A stretch of DNA of 63,047 nucleotides, counting the filler, from Craspedostauros australis (lineage: Eukaryota): the NCBI GenBank assembly GCA_030167865.1. It is 19 parts of 19 records of this genome, joined end to end, with 100 filler letters (N's around TTAATTAATTAA, not from the genome) between each part and the next. Parts side by side here need not be neighbours in the genome. Positions count along the whole stretch, not along the records: positions 49,754 to 51,143 come from JALAGF010002373.1; positions 51,244 to 52,412 come from JALAGF010002374.1; positions 52,513 to 54,844 come from JALAGF010002375.1; positions 54,945 to 57,265 come from JALAGF010002377.1; positions 57,366 to 61,178 come from JALAGF010002378.1; positions 61,279 to 63,047 come from JALAGF010002380.1; 13 more parts are not named here. One strand, given 5' to 3'. The notes beneath the pieces are model-generated. The model did no database searches. It saw only the letters and a program-made list of their open reading frames with translations, and was not told the origin of the DNA. The position numbers and the translations under genes are program-made. Below, one piece after another: positions 49,754 through 61,873 of the stretch; positions within the stretch are counted from its first letter, which is position 1, and the number at the start of each line of letters is the position of its first letter.

Positions 49754-51143
49754 AACACTCTTGATGGAGGACATCATCGACCATAAGCGACTCCCAACCG
49801 CAGCAACTGCTGATGACAAGACGACCACGAAGACGACGAAGGGATGGAAGCTGTGTGTATTATGGAAAGACGGATCTACATCATGGATTCACTTACGCGA
49901 TGCCAAGGAGGCTGATCCTGTGAAGACAGCCGAATACGCAACTAACAACCAGCTCACCAACGAACCTGCGTTTCGATGGTGGGTTCCATACACGATGAAG
50001 CGGCGCAACCGCATACTGATGGCCAACCGCAAACGATACTTCCGACGCAACGAGAAATATGGTCTCGAACTACCAAAGAGCGTCGAACGAGCTCTTGCTA
50101 TCGACGAGGAAACAGGAACCGACTTCTGGCGCAAAGCATTGGAGAAAGAGATGAAGAACGTTCGACCAGCTTTCGACATCAAGACAGAAGACACAAAGCC
50201 ACCAGTCGGGTACACCTACATTGCATGTCACATGATCTTCGATATCAAAGTCGACCTCACACGAAAGGCGCGACTTGTGGCAGGCGGGCACATGACTGAG
50301 GCACCATCCAGCATAACGTATGCCAGTGTGGTGACACGCGAAAGCGTGCGAATCGCATTCCTCTTGGCGGCGCTGAACGACCTCGATGTGCTNGCNGCAG
50401 ATGTGATGAATGCATACCTCAACGCGCCATGCCGCGAACGCGTCTACACAACATGTGGACCTGAGTTCGGGGCAGACGCAGGAAAGGTGGCAATAATCTG
50501 TCGCGCACTCTATGGGCTCAAGTCAAGCGGCGCTGCCTGGAGGGCACACCTTGCAGAGACGCTGCAGAACTCACTCGGATTCACCTCGTGTCGTGCAGAC
50601 AGCGATGTTTGGATGAAGCCAGCGGTGACGAGCGATGGATCTGAATATTATGAGTACATCCTCGTGTACACTGATGACATTCTGGCGATCTCCAAAGATC
50701 CCAGCGCGATACTCTCACACATTGGTTCTTACTTCTTTCTCAAACCCGCCTCGATCGGTCCACCAACAACATACCTTGGCTCTACAATCGCTCCGTTCCA
50801 TCTTACAGCAGAACCGGAGCGGCCAAAGTGGAGCATGGGATCCCAGCGATATGTCCGAGAGGTCACGAAGATGGCACAGAAATGGCTTGAGGCCCGTGGC
50901 GGTAAATTCCGTACCAGCGCGAAAAGCGTCATACCAAACGGTTACCGTCCAGAGCTTGACGCCACCGCCCTTTGTGATCCAGAGGAGATGAACTATTATC
51001 AACAGCTGATTGGGATCCTGAGGTGGATCGTCGAGTTGGGACGGATTGACATATGCTGTGAGACAAGCATGATGTCTTCATACTGTGCTGCCCCCAGAAC
51101 AGGGCATTTGCGTGTGCTTTTTCATATGTTTGCCTATCTCAAC
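49754..51143 (+). mobile_element. Ty1/Copia (CoDi-like) pol fragment: chromodomain-like module plus RT
   Basis: TTKGWKLCVLWKDGSTSW...EPAFRWW, CHMIFDIK..TRKARLVAGGH, ADVMNAYLNA, ALYGLKSSGAAW, LVYTDD and GRIDI. Open across the contig. Confidence 0.93.
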
Positions 51144-51436
51144 NNNNNNNNNNNNNNNNNNNNNNNNNNNNNNNNNNNNNNNNNNNNTTAATTAATTAAN
51201 NNNNNNNNNNNNNNNNNNNNNNNNNNNNNNNNNNNNNNNNNNNATAACATCAGAGCCACTCTATACATACCAACAACAGCTTCCTCTCGTAATCCCTGTG
51301 GACACGCAGTTACTGCAGTTGATATCGTCACAATGAGAGCTAGTTTTATCAATGTGACATAGGGTATAATATTACAGTATATGATATCTTTGAATGCATT
51401 TGGACAGTGTTGGCATACTCGCGGCGGTCGTCAGGA

Positions 51437-52412
51437 TCAATCATCGGAAGGTAGCAGGTTGCCATCAATCACATCAGCGTCCTGCCCATCGTATGGGCGA
51501 TCATCCAGAACCTGCTCTTCNTGCNCTTCTTCGCTTTGAGTGTTCTCCTTGGATGCCATGATCCGCAGTTCATGCATCTCGTTCAGGTGCTCTTCACATT
51601 CCTCGTCGTCCAAGAAGCCATTGTTCTCAAGGTATCTCTCTGCCCGACCGTCAGGAGCTGCCAGGAAGCATTTCAGGTACGTGATGTCCACCTTGATCCT
51701 CTGCTCCCAATCAAGCAAGAAAGGCCCAGCCATCAGCTCTTCGTGAAGCACATGAGCGCTCCTCCTCGTGTCTGGCTTCCTGCATGCAATCGCAGCATCG
51801 CACACAATCTGCGCCACTTGTTTCGACATGGACGGTGCCTTGGTTGCTGGAGATGCTGATGGATCCTTCTTTCGCGAGGTGGCTTTGTCTGGGTGACAGA
51901 TCGCCCATCCCTGCCTGATGGATTGAGGGAAGTCCACTGTGGCATTTCGTTCACAATTTGCCGTTTCTGCTGCTGTTGTTGCTGGTTCCAGAACACGCGA
52001 AGTGAGAACGCGCTTGAGCATGTCAGTTTTGCTGGTGTTGTTGTTTGTTGTTGTTGTTGTTGTTGTTGTTGTGTGTCGTCGCTCAGTCGGTTGTGAGCCG
52101 CGGATATTCTGTGGATCCATCACAAATGCCGGTGGGACCTCGGTGATGTCCTCATCATTGCAAGTGACATCGAGGTGGAGAATGTCAAACTTGTCGATCT
52201 TGCCCTGAGTGATAGTCTCTGGATGCGTCAATCCCGACGATGCTGTGACCTGGATTTTGTCATCGATCAGATCAATTTGATGGGTGGCTCGAACGGAAAC
52301 TCGGTTGGTCGCAAATGATTTCTCCTTGCCGTCCACACCACAGATGATGGCATGTCCCAATCTGCTCAGATCCAACAGAAGTGTTGTTGTCCCCTTGATG
52401 TTGGCAGCTTTC
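51437..52412 (-). CDS. Hypothetical protein C-terminal part, possibly transposon-derived
   Basis: ORF of >312 aa extending toward the contig end, with a poly-Thr (CAA)n tract and an acidic tail. No clear family motif. Confidence 0.4.
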
Positions 52413-52512
52413 NNNNNNNNNNNNNNNNNNNNNNNNNNNNNNNNNNNNNNNNNNNNTTAATTAATTAANNNNNNNNNNNNNNNNNNNNNNNNNNNNNNNN
52501 NNNNNNNNNNNN

Positions 52513-52660
52513 CGTATGATCCAGTTCCCTGGCCAAGTTTCCTGGAAAGACTCCAATCTTGATTGTGTTCTATGACTGGCAGGCAAATGATACATTTTGC
52601 ATCTTCTTCCCATTTTACCAACATGTGAAACCACCAAACAGAAAAGAAACCAAGATATAC
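52513..52660 (-). mobile_element. Possible BED zinc-finger fragment of a hAT-type transposase
   Basis: SVWWFH...DAKCIIC...GQGTGSY resembles the BED consensus SxVWxxF...AxCxxC...GT. The His pair would fall in the gap. Confidence 0.3.
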
Positions 52661-54053
52661 ATGATGCATAAGAGGCCACACCAATGTTGTTGACCTCGAA
52701 GACCAGCTTTTGCAAGACCAACATCGTCCTTCCGAACACTTTGGCATTCAGCATGAACACACCACTTTATGCATATTTCTGTGTCCTCTTGACTTTGGAA
52801 AATGCTTGCAACCATGAATATGACAGCTTAATCACTACCAACAAATCACATACACAGGCACATACACAGAAACAACTACTACTTTCAATTTCACACTTGA
52901 CAGATTTCGACACAGAACGGCTTTCACTAGTCGGTCCGGAATGATGACATTGAATCCATGCACAAGAAAAAGGACACTCTGCTGGCACCACAAAACACAA
53001 AGCCTGACAAACCCAACTTTGTGTGTGCGCGCGTGTGTGTTGATGTTCGTGCAGTCACGAGAACAAAGGTTGTATCACACAAGATCCGGACCGACCACAA
53101 CATGCACAAGAGTACACGCATACAACTGATTCGTTGATATCAACATCTAGATCGAAAATAGGTAGCATCTACCATGACTGAAACGTGATTCGACTTGATT
53201 TAAGAGAATAGTCGGATGAGTCTTGATGATGCGAATGGTGTTCGGGTTCTGTTGTTGTTGTTGTTGTATCACAAGGATTATGACCCGTGAGCGAAAAGCG
53301 GTGCGGTCCATCCAGAATTCACTTTGGCCCAAGCTCGTACGGCCACTCATAGAAAACACAACCTACATTTATATACATTATCATGCTGGCAACATGATGC
53401 AGGTGCTGGATGGTGAGTCCAGGCCTTAGTTATAAAGTTATGAGGGTGGCAATTTACTGTTTTAGAGGCAAAATACGGTGCAAGCGGACAGACTTTGATT
53501 TGTGGGGGGCTCATGTCATGACACGTGGAACCCATTTCTATCTGATTTTTGCTTTCTTTGTGTTTTGCTTGGTGGGAAGCTTGGTAGAAAACAATCATTC
53601 GTGCTCATTTCAACGTTACGGACGTTAATGGGAGTCGAGACCGCGATGACGTCGTGCTTGTTTTGTTAAGTACAGAGCGATGTCACATGTTCCGTGGTGT
53701 GTGGCGTCGCCAAAGTTGCGTGTGGTTGGACAGACGTTCGGATTGACGTCTCCATTCCACCTGGTTCAGATCAGAGCTGATTTTTGAATGTGTTTTGGTT
53801 GCAGAAGCGTGCGTTTGCCAATCCATTTCGAAGTGTGTGTTTGCGACACTGGTCGTGGGAGTGCGAATGCAATCGACGGTATTTGAAGTTTGTATGCTGT
53901 GTTGCGGAAATGTATTGTGGGCAATCTGAAAACACAATTGCAGTTAGGATTTTGGCTTAGTCAACATGAATCGGTGGAGGATGCCTCGTGAATCTGCCAG
54001 TTTCGAGATAGCCATGTGATGCAGTTCAAGAGAGGTGTACTGGATTGAAGATG

Positions 54054-54630
54054 TGTTACTGTAACAATGGGTAGATGAGTGCTTTGAAGCTAATCTTTGT
54101 CTGTTTATTATGAGTTAGCTTGTAGTGTTGGTGGGATGAAGAAACGATGTCACACAGCTTGATAGGACCCTGCCCTGATGTACTTGGTTCAGTGCTTGAG
54201 GGTAAGCAATTATTGCGGTTCCTTGCTCTCCTCACATGTAGACACACTGCAGTGTAGGTCATGACACTCAATGATGGCGGTCATGAAGCAATGACTGTGG
54301 CTGGAGTTCACTCTTGGATTCCATTGCTTGAGTTGAAGCAGGTTGGATACACATGTCAAGACTATGGCAATAGTGCAGTAGTCATCAGCATGGAGGGAAT
54401 GGAGGTATGTTGTGGTAGAAGGATCTGAGGAGCATATAGTTCCCAAGGTGAGGTGTGAGTCAGGTTGGTCATGTTTGAGTCATGATGGATTCATGAATGG
54501 AGAAGAGAAAGAAGGGGGAAAAGATTTGGTGGTCAATCAATTTGGAAGATTTTGCGCCAAAACAAGAATTTCTCCTGTCGGAGGTGGATACCGTGTCCGG
54601 TAATGGTATGTCCCTTGTTGAATCTCAACT
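54054..54630 (-). repeat. LTR family copy B, probable solo LTR (~577 bp)
   Basis: Minus strand starts AGTTGAGATTC at 54630 and plausibly ends GTAACA at 54054. No pol sequence on either flank. Far end and TSD are not firmly resolved. Confidence 0.7.
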
Positions 54631-56251
54631 ATGGCAATATTATTTTGCTTCGGTTCGATTCTTGCTTTCTCTTCCTTTTTTGCACCGCACGTTTTTGTTA
54701 GTGATCTTGTATCATACTCTTCTATTCTATTATATAATATTATATAGAATATTATACTATTATATATGAGTAGTCATACAGCGCAAGGATCAATTGATGG
54801 GTGATGCCCTTGTGATGGATGATGCTCTTGGGATCGGTGGGCTANNNNNNNNNNNNNNNNNNNNNNNNNNNNNNNNNNNNNNNNNNNNTTAATTAATTAA
54901 NNNNNNNNNNNNNNNNNNNNNNNNNNNNNNNNNNNNNNNNNNNNATTCTCCAAACTTGCCGCCGAAATTGGGGATCCGAGTGGTCAAATATCGTTCCGAC
55001 CTCCATGGGAGCACTAAACGCAAGCATATCTCCATACCATCGCACTCAAACTCAATATATACCATATGGTTGTGACCGCCTCGGAGAGAGCATTCTTAAA
55101 TGATATATATTGTACAGATTGAGCCAAAGACCGCTAAGTCCGGAGACTTCAAAGATGGAGAGTCGAATTTCTCGAAAAAAGAGGCAAGATCCTACCGGAC
55201 TCCTGTAGAATTCTACTTGTAGCCAAACATCGCCAAACAAAACCCGGTCCGTCCGTCGTCCGAAGGCAAAACCACACCAAGGGGGTCAACAAACAGAAAA
55301 AGATCGAGGAGATAGTAGTAACAACAAGATAATGTTATTTCTTTCCTGGATAGCCCTGAGTCTTAAGTTTACGTAGATGCAAAGAGATATTCGATTGAGT
55401 GTCTATAACTTTAAGTCTGAGTTTGGGAAAAACGGGTCCAAAATCTGTAGCCAATCATCGCCAAACATCGCCAAACATCGCCAAACATTTGGGTCCGGCT
55501 CTTTGAGGCACTAGTACTATCGCTTTGCCGAGTGAGTGAGGTGGAAGGTATCAAGTGTGTGGGTATTATTGAAGACATTCCAGCACGTGCACGAAAATGA
55601 GCGCTTCCAGAATGTACGGAGGCACGCATGACCTTTTAGGCCAATGGCAACACTCAACGACCATTTCGGACCACTTGTGTGTCGCGATCAATGATCTCTC
55701 GCATTCGTTGTGCTTCGATAGATGTCCACACAGACATTGATCTTCTTCAATGGTTTTACTCGTACCAGTCGAAGATTCTCGTTTTCAACGATGTCACACA
55801 ACGGAACTCTGTTGTCCCTCTTTCCTTCTTTCTTCTTGTTGTCCAGGCGCATTGTCGTGATGGATGGGAACAAAAGGATCCAAACGTCACGAACCAGAAG
55901 GGTGCGATCAAGAGAAGGTTCCGCCCACACGAACCAGAGGGGTACGATCAAGAGGAGGCAAACACAGCCAACTACGAAGGGAGAGAGAGAGAGAAAGAGG
56001 AGACCATGCAAACAAGACAACAACACACACCACTCAACCACAGACTCGAGCACATCAACAACAGACACCGAATTGCCACGCATACTAATATTCATCACAC
56101 AGCGCATGGTACTCATCCAAATACAAGCTATTGAAGACACACAATCGATATCTCTGCCATTGGTAGCTCAGACTACACACTTCCTCGACAGGCAATCCAA
56201 CGCCAATCGCCCAACGTCAATCGTCCAGCAACCATCGACCATCCCCTCAAC

Positions 56252-57265
56252 ATGCCGAATGTTACGCACAGACAACTACTTGATGCTGCCAAAGAAGGTT
56301 ACTTGTCGGTGTTGAAGAAATGGAAGAAGCACAACAAGAAGAGCAAGAAAAAACGGGTTGATGCCAACAAGGTTACAGACTGGTTTGGTCGCACTCCCCT
56401 TCATGAGGCATGCTCCAACGGCCACCTGGAGTGTATCAAGTACCTCATCAAATCATGTGGAGCTGCCATCAACTGCGAAGACAACGCTGGCTCTACTCCC
56501 CTTCATTATGCATGCATGAACAGCCATCTGAAGTGTATCGAGTATCTCATCAAATCATGTGAGGCGAACATCAACTGCAAAGACAACGATGGTTGGACTC
56601 CCCTTCATGACGCATGCAATAACGGCTACCTGGAGTGTATCAAGTACCTCATCAAATCATGTGGAGCTGACATCAACTGCGAAGACAATGCTGGCTCCAC
56701 TCCCCTTCATTATGCATGCATGAACGGCCATCTGAAGTGTATCGAGTATCTCATCAAATCATGTGGGGCGAACATCAACTGCAAAGACAACAATGGTTGG
56801 ACTCCCCTTCATGACGCATGCAATAACGGCAATCTGCAGTGTGTCAAGTACCTCATCGAATCATGTGAGGGCAACATCAACTGTGAAGACAACAATGGAA
56901 ACACACCCCTTCATCGGGCATGCTTTCGTGGCCACCTGGAGTGTGTGAAGTACCTCATCAAATCACGCGAGGCGAACATCAACCGCGAAGACAGCGATGG
57001 CAACACTCCCCTTCATCACGCATGCCACAACGGCCACCTCAAGTGTGTAGAGTACCTCATCGAATCATGTGAGGCGGACATCAACTGCAAAGACAACGAT
57101 GGTGACACTCCCCTTCATGTGGCATGCTGGAACAGCCACCTGGAGTGTGTCAAGTACCTCATCGAATCATGTGAGGCAAACATCAACTGCAAAGCCAACA
57201 ATGGCTCCACTCCCCTTCATCACGCATGCCACAACGGCCACCTCAAGTGTGTGAAGTACCTCATC
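56252..57265 (+). CDS. Ankyrin-repeat protein with >=9 highly regular 34-aa (102-bp) repeats, 3' truncated
   Basis: Consensus xDNxGxTPLHxACxNGHLxCxxYLIxSCxAxINC, preceded by a Lys-rich N-terminus (KKWKKHNKKSKKKR). Confidence 0.92.
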
Positions 57266-58420
57266 NNNNNNNNNNNNNNNNNNNNNNNNNNNNNNNNNNN
57301 NNNNNNNNNTTAATTAATTAANNNNNNNNNNNNNNNNNNNNNNNNNNNNNNNNNNNNNNNNNNNNCATTTTTGAAAATGAAGGACAGTCCGAAGCCAGCT
57401 GCTTCATCTGATCATATCTCCCTCTCACATCCATCTCTGTTCCCCCCACATAGCACACCTCGATCCCTGATTCACTGGGGACACGTTGATGCATCCCAAA
57501 ACGCCTCAAGATGGATCTCCAATTTTGTATCCATCCNNNNNNNNNNNNNNNNNNNNNNNNNNNNNNNNNNNNNNNNNNNNNNNNNNNNNNNNNNNNNNNN
57601 NNNNNNNNNNNNNNNNNNNNNNNNNNNNNNNNNNNNNNNNNNNNNCCCATTCCTGACTTGATGATTAACACATCTTGTATGGGTGGGTTGGCGGTGTGGT
57701 GGATGTTCACATGCGCCACCACACCAGCAAAGCCACGTGATGGGTACTTTGCCACCACCCAAAAAACTCTTGCACTCCACTTGTTCCTTCTCTTGGCACC
57801 TTCCAGGCAGTCTTTCAGCCTCAAACTTCGTAGAGCCCTTCATATTGATCCCCTTGATGCGTCTTGCCCATCCATGTTTGTCGAAATGGCTTGTATCGTC
57901 CACACACAGCCCGTACCCAACGTGCATGGTTGACGCATTTTTGCGCGTTTTGCTCGTTTCGCTATCGCTGATTCAAATGAACCGCTCTGACAGCGCCCTC
58001 TTTCCCATCCACCAATCTTTCCATGGCGGTTCCGTTGATGTGCTTGGATTTGGTATTGGACTGATGGTTGATGCAGTGCCGTCCATGACGTTTGGCAGTT
58101 CTCACAGAGTGTTGTTTTGTTTCCCCATTGTCGTGTTGTTGTGTTTCTTTTCTTGGTGACGGTCTTTTCTTGCTGTTGGGGTTTGGGAAATTAAAACAGA
58201 ATTCCAACGAATGCCTCCAAACCTTTGTCACAAATCCTGGGTCTGGTGAGTCCACTGTTGGTTTCTGTGAAAGCCAAGACATGGGAAACACTCGGAAAGA
58301 TAGTGCATTCTACCTACAGTCTTGTGACCGTCCCACAGTTGAAGACGTACGTAGGACCAGTGCAATTTATGTAGAACAAGTAGAAACTGCACTAGAAAAC
58401 ATATATTACCATGGCATGCA

Positions 58421-60827
58421 ATGATGCTACAAGTGACTCTGGGAGAGGCTCTCAGAGGACCCAAAAGAAACAGACAACACCCCGTGCGGGTACAGGAAGA
58501 GGAGGGTGTCACACTGGTGGTGACAGCAGATGAGGAGGTGGTTGAGGAGGAAAGCAACAGGCCAGGATCTCACCAACAAAAAAGACAGTGTCAACTTGTC
58601 CCACAGAGAATGAGAACTGTTGGATTTGGAGCCACCAGCTGGAGCGAAAATGGGGTGACATCCTCCAGGAACGCAACCTGCTGATCAGAGGGTCTGAACC
58701 CTTTGTGCACATGATGGGGGAAGAAGGCGCTATGGATGAAGTGCTGGCATTTGTGAAGGACCTGGACGAGGCCCTGAAAGAGGGCGCCTCTCTTGATGAC
58801 TGGACAGGCATGTTTCACGATGCGTACTTCAACAAGATGTCCGCAGACATGAGCCTGCACATGGTCAAGCTGATGGTCAGACTGGTTGCCACCTCCAACA
58901 AATTCTCCGGAGGGCTGTGGAAGCCCAAGCAGATCAAGGCAACACACAAGACAGCAGCATGGATTGGTGTGAGGATGGCACTCATGATGGTCAAAGGCAT
59001 GCCTCTGGAAAACGAAAAAGAAGAACAGGCAAAATCCCCCAACCTGGTGGCAAAACAAGAAACAGTGAAAATAAAGACACAAGGTTGTGACGTTTCTGCA
59101 CAAGCAGCCAAAACTGCAAGACCTCCACAGTGTGAATGATGCGATCAGCAAGTACCACAAGATGTTCTTTGACGTCCAAATCCCAATGACGCGTGAAGGC
59201 CATGACTCCCTGCTGGTGCAGGGTATCGCCAGTATGAACGCCCTTCATGCATTCATTTTCAGGGCGGACTCGAAGGCGCAGATCATGGCGTGGCATAAGA
59301 ACAACACAATGCGTCCATGGACCTCCGCTGACGTACCATGGTCCACGAGGGAGACCTTGAAACAAATTGTGGAGAGTCTCTATGCAAAGACGGGATCCAT
59401 GATGTACAACAGACTGTGGGTTGCTCATATGCAGGAGATTGAAGCATTCGACAATAACAGTACCCTGAGCATGGCAGCCATTCATTTTCGCAAGTCAGGT
59501 ATCCAGGAGCACAGCATTGTTGCAGCCAGCTGGTTGTTTGGGAGCCACAGCACTACCAACACTGATGATCTGACGAAGGCAATCAACATGAGCGAACTAG
59601 TCCAAAACAAGTTCACAGTCCAGTTGAGGATCCAGGAGATTCACCTTGTGAGAAAGCAAGGGCAACACCAGGTAGAAGGTGAAGACTACCACAACAGACC
59701 GAGAGCGACACACGTCATGTGCGGAGAGTCGCGCTCGTTCCAATGCCGAACAGACAGGAAAGAACTCTTCAACAACTGTGCCGACAAGGTCCGGTTGCTT
59801 GACAAGCAGATGCGGTTCATGCCTGACACGCTGGATCAAAGATTCCACCACCCCCTGGAGAACTCGCTAGTCTGAGCTCCGTGGTAGCCCACCAGGTTCA
59901 ATTCAAGAAGACTATGAAAACCCAAGGAGTGTACTCGATTGGACAGCTCGATGTGTAGTTGCCTATTTGGAATCTGACCCTGAGGGAGGTGATCATGAAC
60001 CTCAGATCATCCAGGAACCCAGACTTCGCTCTCTTCATGTCGATCGACACAGGCAGGATGGACCGCAACAGAACTGTCTTCGTATTCCATCCCAAACGGA
60101 GAATCGAAGCGCTGGAACTCATTTCGAAGCTCACCTTCTTTTGCAGCAAGAAGCTTGACCATAATGGTCAAGGAAGGTTCACACCAGAGGCGTGGGCACA
60201 GAACTAGTATTATGAAGTAGACTGGGAGACAGGCCTCATTCGGAGCAAGGAGGAAATGGGAGATGGGGCAGCTGGTCCAAGCTGGTGCCAACTTCCTCGA
60301 CCTCGATGCAGAGGAAATGGTGGGGCTCACCCCAGCGGACGTGGGGTGTGAAGGATATGTGGATAAGGACAGGAACATGAAACCTGTCTTGCTGTTGAAG
60401 TTTGAAGTGCAAATGGAAAGCAACCCCCACACAAAAAAACAGGGAGAACAACACCGTAGGCACATTTGCGATGGCATCAGTGGTCCAACAAGCTGATCAC
60501 ATCGCGCAAGCCATCACACGTACAGCCCACCACAAGACTGCCAACCCAGGTAGGTTCGCGACGGCCGCCAAAGCAAAAACGGATTTCGACTTGTCTGCCC
60601 CAGAGAATACCATTCCAGAAGGAGATGACATGAGTGATGACAACAGTGACGACAGCGAGGAGGACAGCGAAGAAGATAGCAAGGATGGTAGCAGCGAAGA
60701 AGCGCGTGAAAAGCAGGCATCCAAGTTAGTGGCCAAGAACAGCAGTGATGCCAAATCAGGTGGGTCCGACCTCATGGACACCAACAACCCAACAGGCAGC
60801 GTCCCCCAGAACGCAAGCCAAGAGTAA
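58421..60827 (+). pseudogene. Decayed long ORF, probable non-LTR retrotransposon ORF1-like
   Basis: Consecutive frameshifted or stop-broken ORFs (58588-59139, 59087-59875, 59959-60207, 60263-60496, 60402-60827). FFDVQ..GIAS..DSKAQIMAW and SWLFGSH...DL..A resemble the 31017-32267 ORF. The downstream region is CAA-rich. Confidence 0.5.
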
Positions 60828-61278
60828 ACAAAGTAAGAGTTACTAGTATATACGTGGGAAGGAAGGGACTCAGCAAAATCCAGCGACAAAGAAACCACAG
60901 GCGCAGCCCCAACAAGAACGGCAGAAAACAAGCCAACACTATCAACAGGCAACAATAGGAACAGCAACAGCAGAGACACCAAAACACAACTCAGTCAAGC
61001 GCGCGACAACAACAGCAGCGACAACTATCTCAACAGGCAGGAACACAGCGAAGAACCCGACAATACACACAGTATCACCACAACCAACAGTAGCCACAGA
61101 GCCAACAGAATAAACAACAACAATGAAGAAACAAAGAGAAACGGCAAAGAGCACAATGGCAACAACAGAACCAGCAACNNNNNNNNNNNNNNNNNNNNNN
61201 NNNNNNNNNNNNNNNNNNNNNNTTAATTAATTAANNNNNNNNNNNNNNNNNNNNNNNNNNNNNNNNNNNNNNNNNNNN

Positions 61279-61796
61279 CTTATTGGTGTTAGTAGGGTGA
61301 AGAAACGATGCCACACAACTTGGCGAGACCCTGCACTGATGCACTTGATTCAGTGCAACAGATTAGACAATCAATACAGTACTTTGCTCTCCGCACATGT
61401 AGTTACACTGCAGTGTAGGTCATGACGATCAGTGGTGACGGTCATAAAGCAGTGGCTGTGGCTGAAGCTGACCCTCGGATTCCATTGCTTGAGTTGAAGC
61501 AAATTGGATACTCATGTTGAGACCACGGTAGTAGTGTGGTGATCATCAGCATGAAGGAATCGAGGTATGTTGTAGTAAGGAGGATCTGAAGAGCATATAG
61601 TTCCCAGGTGGGGTGTGAGTCAGGTCGGTCAGGTTTGGGTCATGATGGATTCGTGAATGGAGGAGAGAAAGGAGGAGAAAAGATTTGGTGGTCGATTAAG
61701 TCGGAAGATTTCGCGCCAAAACAAGAATTTCTCCCATCGGGTTGATACCGTGTTCGGTAATAGTCTGTCCCTCATTGAATCTCAACTCTCCCTCTC
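61279..61796 (-). repeat. Polypurine tract plus 3' LTR (family copy C) of the adjacent Copia element
   Basis: Minus strand reads GAGAGGGAG (61796-61788) immediately followed by AGTTGAGATTCAATGAGGGACAG from 61787, about 80 bp after the pol stop. Confidence 0.88.
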
Positions 61797-61873
61797 AGTG
61801 TTGGGTCGTGATTGGAGTTGTGGTATCGATGAAAACTTCATCCTTCGTTGTTGTTTGTTGTTGTTATTGGTTG

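Noticed and set aside
55215..55490. CCAAACATCG short repeats (three near-tandem plus an upstream pair)
   Set aside because: Could be transposon subterminal repeats, but no TIR pair or spacer structure is visible. Not a CRISPR array.
1425..61278. Recurring TTAATTAATTAA palindrome that could be mistaken for a repeat array or CRISPR
   Set aside because: Always embedded in exactly 44+44 N. It is a synthetic contig linker, and ORFs ending in LIN or N there are artefacts.
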